Assembly (NCBI GenBank): GCA_014360205.1
Contig: JACIXZ010000001.1
Span: forward strand, 58,137-90,136
DNA length: 32,000 nucleotides
Reading direction: 5' to 3'
DNA from: Tissierellales bacterium
GTDB lineage: Bacteria > Bacillota > Clostridia > Tissierellales > Tissierellaceae
The notes below the pieces were generated by a model, which did not search any database, was not told the DNA's origin, and saw only the letters and a program-made list of their open reading frames with translations. Below, one piece after another: positions 1 to 6,342 of the stretch. Position numbers and translations under genes: made by a program. How positions within the stretch are numbered: position 1 is the stretch's first letter; the number at the start of each line of letters is the position of its first letter.

Positions 1-324
1 AATGAAATATCTGTATTTGACATTGGCCTTGACAACAGGACTTGTGCAGATGGACTTGCAGTAGGCAGACCTTCTGGTTTTGTTGGTAAGTTTATAGAAA
101 ACATGATACATGGGTGTTTTACCGTAAGCGATGAAAAATTATTCTATTACTTAAAAGGGTTATATAGTTCAGAGAATATATTTATAGAACCATCATCATT
201 AGCAGGGTTTAATGGCATATCATTTACAAAGGATTTGTACAGTGGAAAATCTCCTTATTATATCATGTGGGCAACAGGAGGTAGTCTTGTTCCTGAAATT
301 GAGAGAGTAAAATTATTAAAGTAA
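1..324 (+). CDS. dsdA: D-serine ammonia-lyase (D-serine dehydratase), C-terminal part; the 5' end lies outside the window
   Basis: Frame 1 is open from base 1 to the TAA at 322-324. The translation NEISVFDIGLDNRTCADGLAVGRPSGFVGKFIEN...IEPSSLAGFNG matches the C-terminal block of E. coli DsdA as I remember it (ADGLAVGRASGFVG...LEPSALAG). Confidence 0.8.
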   Translation, partial: NEISVFDIGLDNRTCADGLAVGRPSGFVGKFIENMIHGCFTVSDEKLFYYLKGLYSSENIFIEPSSLAGFNGISFTKDLYSGKSPYYIMWATGGSLVPEIERVKLLK

Positions 325-328
325 GGAT

Positions 329-358
329 TTGAAAATTAGACTAAAAATATTTTATAAT
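329..358 (+). promoter_or_regulatory. Candidate sigma-A promoter for the tautomerase gene (TTGAAA-N18-TATAAT)
   Basis: TTGAAA at 329-334 and TATAAT at 353-358 with an 18-nt spacer, about 28 nt upstream of the ATG at 386. Confidence 0.4.
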
Positions 359-385
359 AACAAATTTTTGAAAGAGGGTGAATTT

Positions 386-577
386 ATGCCATTTATTCAG
401 TTTGACGGAGGACAAATGACAAGAGAACAAAAGATGGAGTTAGCAAAAAAACTTACAGAGGTATCTCATGAAGTATTGGGAATTCCGGTTGAAGCTTTTT
501 CGGTGATTATAAGAGAAAATAGTATGGACAACATAGCAACTGGAGGGAAGTTACTTTCTGAAAGGCATAAAAAATAA
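386..577 (+). CDS. 4-oxalocrotonate tautomerase family protein (63 aa)
   Basis: ATG at 386 follows the RBS AGAGGGTG. The product starts MPFIQF (catalytic Pro1 after Met removal) and has the size and beta-alpha-beta pattern typical of the 4-OT family (PVEAFSVIIRE). The track start at 329 is an upstream extension with no RBS. Confidence 0.8.
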   Translation: MPFIQFDGGQMTREQKMELAKKLTEVSHEVLGIPVEAFSVIIRENSMDNIATGGKLLSERHKK

Positions 578-585
578 TTTAGGGA

Positions 586-614
586 TTGATTTTTAGATTA
601 TTCTATAATATATT
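586..614 (+). promoter_or_regulatory. Candidate sigma-A promoter of the antiterminator-PTS operon (TTGATT-N17-TATATT)
   Basis: TTGATT at 586-591 and TATATT at 609-614 with a 17-nt spacer. The predicted transcription start falls just before the RAT element at 623. Confidence 0.45.
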
Positions 615-622
615 ATATTTGT

Positions 623-655
623 AAGGTGTGTTACTGGATTATCAGGCATGAACCT
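623..655 (+). promoter_or_regulatory. RAT (ribonucleic antiterminator) element, the target of a PRD-type antiterminator
   Basis: AAGGTGTGTTACTGGATTATCAGGCATGAACC closely resembles the LicT/SacY/GlcT RAT consensus (GTGTTACTG...CAGGCA(T/A)GA) and overlaps the 5' arm of the following terminator, which is the classical arrangement. Confidence 0.8.
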
Positions 656-685
656 ATGTTTATACATATGGTTTATGCCTTTTTA
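644..685 (+). terminator. Conditional intrinsic terminator overlapping the RAT
   Basis: Stem AGGCATGAACC (644-654) pairs with GGTTTATGCCT (670-680) with one G-U pair, followed by TTTT. The 5' arm is shared with the RAT. Confidence 0.75.
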
Positions 686-707
686 CATTTTAAAGGGGAG
701 ATGGATT

Positions 708-1562
708 GTGAGGGAAAAGAAATATAAAGTTAATAAAGTATTAAACAACAATGTTATCCTTGCAATCGATGTCGAGAAAATGCAAGAAATTGTACTTGTC
801 GGTAAAGGCATTGGCTTTGCTAAAAAAGCAAATGAGTTGATAACTCTGAGTGACAAAGAGATTGAAAAGTCATTTCTTAATTTTGATGAAAGCACTAAGA
901 AGGAATATCTAAATTTAATCAACGATATAGATGACAGGATAATTTTAATATGCGAAAAAATAATTAATATATCGGAGGCGGCATTTGGCAAATTAAATAA
1001 TCACATTCATATAGCTTTAACAGATCATATCAGCTTTGCCATGGAAAGAACAAACTCTGGTTTAGAGTTGTCAAACCCTTTTCTATATGAAATAAAAATG
1101 CTTTATCCAAGAGAATTTGAAATTGGAGAATTAGCAATTAAAATGATTAAGTCAGAGCTTGGAGTGGACTTAAAAGAAGTAGAAGCTGGTTTTATAGCTT
1201 TGCATATTCACTCTGCAAGGCAGAACAAAAACGTCAGTGAAACAATAAAAAATACAAAACTATTAATGGACTTGATTAGATTAATCGAAACAGAATTGGA
1301 CATTACAATAGGTACATATGAATTAACTTATACTAGGTTAATAAATCATCTTAGAACTAGCTTAAACAGAATGGAAGAAAATAAAAACATAAAAAACCCT
1401 TTATTAAATCATATTAAAGAACAGTTTACACAATCTTTCGATATAGCGTATAAAATAGGAAAGCATATCAGAGATATCAAACATATAGAGGTTTCTGAAG
1501 ATGAGTTAGGATATTTAGCGCTTCATATTGAAAGAATTAAAGAAATAAAAAATATAAATTAA
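708..1562 (+). CDS. BglG/LicT/GlcT-family transcription antiterminator (CAT RNA-binding domain plus two PRDs)
   Basis: GTG at 708 lies 7 nt after the RBS AAAGGGGAG. The N-terminus KVNKVLNNNVILAIDVEKMQEIVLVGKGIGFAKK is the CAT domain signature. Two PRD-like halves carry conserved His (TDHISFAMER, ALHIHSA, HLRTSLNR, ALHIERI). The track start at 648 would run through the terminator. Confidence 0.9.
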   Translation: MREKKYKVNKVLNNNVILAIDVEKMQEIVLVGKGIGFAKKANELITLSDKEIEKSFLNFDESTKKEYLNLINDIDDRIILICEKIINISEAAFGKLNNHIHIALTDHISFAMERTNSGLELSNPFLYEIKMLYPREFEIGELAIKMIKSELGVDLKEVEAGFIALHIHSARQNKNVSETIKNTKLLMDLIRLIETELDITIGTYELTYTRLINHLRTSLNRMEENKNIKNPLLNHIKEQFTQSFDIAYKIGKHIRDIKHIEVSEDELGYLALHIERIKEIKNIN

Positions 1563-1574
1563 GGGGGAGTTTTC

Positions 1575-3044
1575 ATGAAAAAATATTTTCAAAGGTTAGG
1601 AAGTTCTTTGATGCTGCCAGTAGCTGTACTTCCAGCAGCAGCTATACTTTTAGGTATAGGATATGCAATTGATCCTTCTGGTTGGGGTGGAGGAAGCCCA
1701 ATAGCTGCTTTTTTAATAAAAGCAGGTGATTCAATAATTGGGAATATGAGCATTTTATTTGCTATTGGTGTTGCATTGGGAATGTCAAAAGAGCGCGACG
1801 GCTCAGCTGCATTAAGCGGACTAGTTGGATACTTAGTTGTTACGACTCTTTTATCTACAGAATCAGTTGCAATGCTTAAAGGAATCGATGTATCAGAAGT
1901 GAATGCTGCATTTTCAAAGATCGAAAATCAATTTGTGGGAATTATCTCAGGATTAATAGCAGCATCAATGTACAATAGATTTAGTCAAGTAAAGCTTCCG
2001 GATGCATTAGCATTTTTTAGTGGGAAAAGACTAGTCCCCATAGTTACATCTGCTGTTATGCTACTAGTATCGATGGTATTATTGTTTGTTTGGCCAGTAG
2101 TTTATACAGGTTTAGTCAACTTTGGTACAGCTATTAGTGGATTAGGATTCATAGGAGCAGGTCTTTATGGTTTTTTCAATAGGTTGTTAATTCCAACAGG
2201 ACTGCATCACGCCTTAAACTCTGTATTTTGGTTTGATGTAGCAGGAATAAATGATATAGTGAATTTCTGGGCTGGTACGGGAACAAAAGGTGTTACTGGA
2301 ATGTATCAAGCCGGTTTTTTCCCAATAATGATGTTTGGTCTTATTGGCGCTGCAATTGCTATTTATCAAACAGCTAAACCAGAAAGGAAAAAGGAAATAA
2401 AATCTCTTATGATGGCAGCGGGTTTTGCATCATTCTTAACAGGAGTTACAGAACCATTAGAATTTTCATTTATGTTTGTAGCACCTATGCTATATTTAGT
2501 TCATGCAATATTAACAGGAATATCATTAGCTGTAAGTGCTTTTTTTCAATGGACAGCTGGATTTGGATTTAGTGCAGGGTTAATTGACTTTGTATTAAGT
2601 TCGAGACTTCCTTTAGCAAATCAACCATATATGTTATTAGTCCAAGGGCTTGTTTTTGGATTGATATATTATTTTATTTTTAGATTTTTAATAGTAAAAT
2701 TTGATATCAAAACACCAGGTAGAGAAGCAGAAGCTAGTTCTTATGAAAGTAATTCAATAGCAAAAGAAACTATAGAAGAGAAGAAAGAAACAAATGACAA
2801 ATTTTTGAAAATAGCAAACGCAATTCATTCTGGGTTAGGTGGGAATGAAAACATTGTAAATATAGAAAATTGTACTACACGACTTAGGATAGAAGTAAAG
2901 GACATTGATAAAGTAGACATTGAAAAGATAAAGAAAGCAGATGTTGCAGGAGTCAAAATAACAGGTCCTTATACTCTGCAGATAGTCATTGGACTACAAG
3001 TTCAATTTGTATGGGAAGAACTAGAAAAATTAAGAAACCAATGA
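1575..3044 (+). CDS. ptsG: PTS glucose-family transporter subunit EIICB
   Basis: The N-terminus LQRLGSSLMLPVAVLPAAAILLGIG is typical of Glc/Nag/Mal-family EIIC, with multiple TM segments. The C-terminal EIIB domain has the phospho-Cys motif NCTTRLRIEV. The RBS GGGGGAG precedes the ATG. Confidence 0.9.
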   Translation: MKKYFQRLGSSLMLPVAVLPAAAILLGIGYAIDPSGWGGGSPIAAFLIKAGDSIIGNMSILFAIGVALGMSKERDGSAALSGLVGYLVVTTLLSTESVAMLKGIDVSEVNAAFSKIENQFVGIISGLIAASMYNRFSQVKLPDALAFFSGKRLVPIVTSAVMLLVSMVLLFVWPVVYTGLVNFGTAISGLGFIGAGLYGFFNRLLIPTGLHHALNSVFWFDVAGINDIVNFWAGTGTKGVTGMYQAGFFPIMMFGLIGAAIAIYQTAKPERKKEIKSLMMAAGFASFLTGVTEPLEFSFMFVAPMLYLVHAILTGISLAVSAFFQWTAGFGFSAGLIDFVLSSRLPLANQPYMLLVQGLVFGLIYYFIFRFLIVKFDIKTPGREAEASSYESNSIAKETIEEKKETNDKFLKIANAIHSGLGGNENIVNIENCTTRLRIEVKDIDKVDIEKIKKADVAGVKITGPYTLQIVIGLQVQFVWEELEKLRNQ

Positions 3045-3072
3045 TATTAAAACAAAAAAGGAAGGTCAAAAG

Positions 3073-3561
3073 ATGTTTAATATTTTTAACAAGCAAAAGT
3101 CTTTATCTATCTATGCTCCAATGAATGGTAAGTTAATTGACTTAACTGAGGTGGAGGATCCAGTGTTTTCGGAGAAAATGGTCGGAGACGGAGTTGCTAT
3201 AGAGCCTAACGAAAACATTGTATTATCTCCAGTAAAAGGCAAAATCACTCTATTATTTCCAACAAAACATGCGATTGGTATTGAAACAGAAGAGGGATTG
3301 GAAATTTTGATTCACCTAGGCATAGATACAGTAGAGCTAAAGGGAGAAGGATTTAACGCATTTGTAAAAGTAGGTGATAGAGTAAACATTGGTGATAAGC
3401 TTTTGGAGATGAACATAGAAATAATTCAAGAAAAAGGGAAATCAACACATACACCTATTTTGATAACCAATATGGACAAAGTTAAAGAATTAAAACTTAT
3501 GAATAAAGATAGTGTAAAAGCTGGAAAAGATATAATAATGGAAATAATATTAAAGGACTAG
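3073..3561 (+). CDS. crr: PTS glucose-family EIIA component
   Basis: DPVFSEKMVGDGVAIEP plus HAIGIETEEGLEILIHLGIDTVELKGEGF align with the two active-site His of E. coli Crr (HAFSIESDSGVELFVHFGIDTV). Confidence 0.9.
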   Translation: MFNIFNKQKSLSIYAPMNGKLIDLTEVEDPVFSEKMVGDGVAIEPNENIVLSPVKGKITLLFPTKHAIGIETEEGLEILIHLGIDTVELKGEGFNAFVKVGDRVNIGDKLLEMNIEIIQEKGKSTHTPILITNMDKVKELKLMNKDSVKAGKDIIMEIILKD

Positions 3562-3583
3562 TTACTAGTCCTTTAGTTTATTT
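3552..3583 (+). terminator. Intrinsic terminator after the PTS operon
   Basis: A 10-bp stem AAAGGACTAG / CTAGTCCTTT with a TTA loop overlaps the TAG stop, followed by the T-rich AGTTTATTT. Confidence 0.6.
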
Positions 3584-3674
3584 AAAAGATATTAATGTAC
3601 ATTAAATTTTAAAAACTTCTGCCGATTATACTAATAAGGCTAAGTGTATTTACGATTTTGGAGGGGTTGTGTGC

Positions 3675-5369
3675 ATGTTAAAGAACATCGATTTAAAAGT
3701 TTTTAATAAAGACAATCGTAAAGAATTAATATATACATGTAATGAGTTAAAGGATATATTGGAGTTTAAAGACTGGGAGATAATAGTTTTTGATGATGAT
3801 AATATAATTGGATTTAGCATTACTCAAAACATTGGGAATAAAAGTGATAAATTTCATCTAAACAAAAATAATATATACTGTTTTAATAAAGATAATGAGA
3901 ACGATAACATAAGGAAATTATTTAAAGAAAAAAAAGTTTTATTTATTGGAAATGATGAAAACGTATCTGAATCAGAGTTATATATTCCATTGTTTATGAA
4001 TAAGGATAATCATAAAGCACTGATAGGGACATTACATTTAACAGGCGGAGGGATTGCTTTTGATTCACTTATTAAAAATTTAGAAGATGATAAGATATCA
4101 ATGCTGGTTGAAAAAATTTCTGATAAATATGCGATTCACTATATAAGTTCACTAGAAGAGCAATATTTTAAGAATTTCATTCATCTGATTTTTGAAATAA
4201 TAAATGAAAAAGATCCCTCTATGCGATCTCATCCATATAATGTAGCATATTTATCAAATCTATTAGGGCAAACTCTTGGTTTTCCTCAAGAAAGGCTAGA
4301 AAAATTATATATGGCTGCATTGCTTCATGATGTTGGGAAATTATTCATTGACAGTAAAATTTTAAACAAAAAAGGAATACTAACAGATGAGGAAAGAAAA
4401 GAAATACAAAAACATAGTGAATATGGATACAATATTTTGAAGGATATACTTCAAAAGAATAATTCCATTTCAGGAATTGAAGATATTGTACTTCAACATC
4501 ATGAAAGATTTGATGGGACTGGATATCCAAATAGAATTAAAGGGAATAATATTTTACTTGAAAGCAGAATAATATTTATAGCTGATGCCGTAGATGCAAT
4601 GCTGTCGAGAAGAGCTTATAGAGAAGAAAGTTCTATTGATAATGTAATTAGTCAAATAAGAATGAATGCTGGGAAACAATTCGATCCAAAACTATCAAGG
4701 CTCATGATAAATATACTCGTGAATAACAAGAGAATGGAAAATATGATATTGGAAGAACCACTGCTTTTGGGTACATTGGTTGTTCCTCAATTAAATGGAG
4801 TAAAAAATATTCAAGGAACATTGATTAAGAAAAACATTGGATATGAGTTTAAAATTAATATTAATGACTTAAAGAAGAATGGTGATTCTCTTGTAAAAGC
4901 ACCTGAGGGTGTATTTTATACTCAAAGCAAGGGAATGGTGTACGAATATGACGTAAAAATAATTAATTGGGAAGATAACAATATATATTTATCTGATATT
5001 TCACCTAAACCATCAGCTAATTTCTTCAGCATGTCTTGGGAAATAGAAGGAAATCTTATTTTAGGCAAAAATATCGGTTCTGGTGTTACAATAAATAAAA
5101 TAGGTGGAGATTCATTGAGCTTTTACTTAGAAGAGGAAGATGCTGATAATATAGATTTCGACAATGTAAATGCCATCATAATCAAGTTTGATGAAGAAAA
5201 AACCTTAGTACAGGGTGAGATAATTAGGACTATAAAAATAGAAGATAAAACATATGCAGATTTTAAATTCATAGGAATTCCTGAAGCAACTAGGGATATT
5301 ATATTCCGTCAGATATTTAGGAAACAAGCAGAACTTAAAAAAAGAGCAAAGGACTTATTTGAAGAATAG
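3675..5369 (+). CDS. HD-GYP domain protein (putative c-di-GMP phosphodiesterase) with an N-terminal GAF-like region and a C-terminal YcgR-like PilZN+PilZ-like module
   Basis: ATG at 3675 lies 8 nt after GGAGGGG (the track GTG at 3669 is too close to the RBS). The central region has HPYNVAYL...AALLHDVGK...HSEYGY...QHHERFDGTGYP...FIADAVDAM, a complete HD-GYP signature. The C-terminal 200 aa ends in a PilZ-like pattern (FFSMSWEIEG...IGGDSLSF...FKFIGIPEATRDIIFRQIFRKQ). Confidence 0.85.
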   Translation: MLKNIDLKVFNKDNRKELIYTCNELKDILEFKDWEIIVFDDDNIIGFSITQNIGNKSDKFHLNKNNIYCFNKDNENDNIRKLFKEKKVLFIGNDENVSESELYIPLFMNKDNHKALIGTLHLTGGGIAFDSLIKNLEDDKISMLVEKISDKYAIHYISSLEEQYFKNFIHLIFEIINEKDPSMRSHPYNVAYLSNLLGQTLGFPQERLEKLYMAALLHDVGKLFIDSKILNKKGILTDEERKEIQKHSEYGYNILKDILQKNNSISGIEDIVLQHHERFDGTGYPNRIKGNNILLESRIIFIADAVDAMLSRRAYREESSIDNVISQIRMNAGKQFDPKLSRLMINILVNNKRMENMILEEPLLLGTLVVPQLNGVKNIQGTLIKKNIGYEFKININDLKKNGDSLVKAPEGVFYTQSKGMVYEYDVKIINWEDNNIYLSDISPKPSANFFSMSWEIEGNLILGKNIGSGVTINKIGGDSLSFYLEEEDADNIDFDNVNAIIIKFDEEKTLVQGEIIRTIKIEDKTYADFKFIGIPEATRDIIFRQIFRKQAELKKRAKDLFEE

Positions 5370-5387
5370 GCTAGCCTATTCTTTTTT
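5364..5387 (+). terminator. Intrinsic terminator after the HD-GYP gene
   Basis: GAATAGG-CTAG-CCTATTC hairpin overlapping the TAG stop, followed by TTTTTT. Confidence 0.75.
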
Positions 5388-5389
5388 AA

Positions 5390-5418
5390 TTGAAAATGTT
5401 TGCGATAAGACCTATAAT
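5390..5418 (+). promoter_or_regulatory. Sigma-A promoter (TTGAAA-N17-TATAAT)
   Basis: TTGAAA at 5390-5395 and TATAAT at 5413-5418 with exactly 17 nt between them, 31 nt upstream of the ATG at 5450. Confidence 0.6.
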
Positions 5419-5449
5419 TATTGTAATAAATTTGAAGAGGTGATAATAC

Positions 5450-6190
5450 ATGTGGATATTAGCAGTTATTGGTTTAATGTTTATTTTCTTAGGTTTCGCT
5501 GTACATAAACTTAAATGGTACTTTTTGATTTCGGGATATAATATGATGCCAAAAGACAAGAAAAAGAATGTAGATACTGAAGGATTAGGGAAATTAATGG
5601 GCATTTATATGTATTTTATTGGAAGCTTATTTATATTAATGAGTATTATTTCATATTTTAACATTAAGATCATATCACAACTTAATGCTATTTTTATTTC
5701 AGTTTTTATCTTATCAACTATACTGCTTTTGATAAAAGCTCAGAAATACGATCATAATAAACGAGAGAATATTTTCAAATCCAAGGATAAAAATGTATTG
5801 ATAAGTTTGATCATAACCATACCTATAATTATATTTGTCGGAGTTATGATTTTTAGATCTTTACAGCCTGTTGAGATGGAAATAAATGAAATAGGGATTG
5901 AAATTAAAGGTATGTATGGGGATTTGTATCATTGGGAAGAAATTCAAGCATTAGAGTTGAGAGAAGACTTGCCTACCATAGAAATGCGATCAAACGGATC
6001 AAGCATTGCAGGGAAACATAAAGGATATTTTAAAACAAAAGAATATGGGAAAGTGAAATTATATTTAGATTCTAAAAATCCACCATTTATATATATGAAA
6101 GTAAATGATGAATATATAATCATTAATTTAGGGGAAAAGGAAAGAACAACAGAGGTTTATAAAAAGATACAGAGCTTAGATAATAATTAA
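5450..6190 (+). CDS. Membrane protein: N-terminal DUF3784-like TM module plus C-terminal bacterial PH-like domain
   Basis: The RBS GAGGTGA precedes the ATG. The N-terminus has 4 TM segments with the ISGYNMMPKDKKKNVDTEGLGKLMG motif I associate with DUF3784. The C-terminal soluble part (GYFKTKEYGKVKLYLDSKNPPFIYMKVNDEYIIINLGE) resembles bPH domains. Confidence 0.7.
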   Translation: MWILAVIGLMFIFLGFAVHKLKWYFLISGYNMMPKDKKKNVDTEGLGKLMGIYMYFIGSLFILMSIISYFNIKIISQLNAIFISVFILSTILLLIKAQKYDHNKRENIFKSKDKNVLISLIITIPIIIFVGVMIFRSLQPVEMEINEIGIEIKGMYGDLYHWEEIQALELREDLPTIEMRSNGSSIAGKHKGYFKTKEYGKVKLYLDSKNPPFIYMKVNDEYIIINLGEKERTTEVYKKIQSLDNN

Positions 6191-6198
6191 GAGCATAT

Positions 6199-6256
6199 GC
6201 TATTTGGTGAATATTTTATTGGGAAATAACCAATAAGTCACCAAATAGCTTTTTTT
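6199..6256 (+). terminator. Nested hairpin plus T7: terminator of the upstream gene, possibly doubling as an inverted-repeat activator site
   Basis: Outer arms GCTATTTGGTGA (6199-6210) / TCACCAAATAGC (6238-6249), inner arms TTATTGG (6216-6222) / CCAATAA (6230-6236), then TTTTTTT (6250-6256). Confidence 0.6.
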
Positions 6257-6292
6257 ACATATAGAGAATGAGTATTTTTCGAATTTATAAGT

Positions 6293-6308
6293 TGGCACAA
6301 TTTTTGCA
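6293..6308 (+). promoter_or_regulatory. Sigma-54 (RpoN) -24/-12 promoter
   Basis: TGGCAC-AATTT-TTGCA is an exact match to the TGGCAC-N5-TTGCW consensus. It lies about 35 nt upstream of the SBP start codon, and a sigma-54 activator gene sits in the same locus. Confidence 0.85.
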
Positions 6309-6342
6309 ATATTAAATATCAAATTGATGAGGAGGGAACTTT

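Noticed and set aside
3592-3605. Perfect 14-bp palindrome TTAATGTACATTAA upstream of the HD-GYP gene, considered as a possible operator.
   Set aside because: It is short and AT-rich, matches no regulator consensus I know, and I cannot distinguish it from chance without genome-wide counts.
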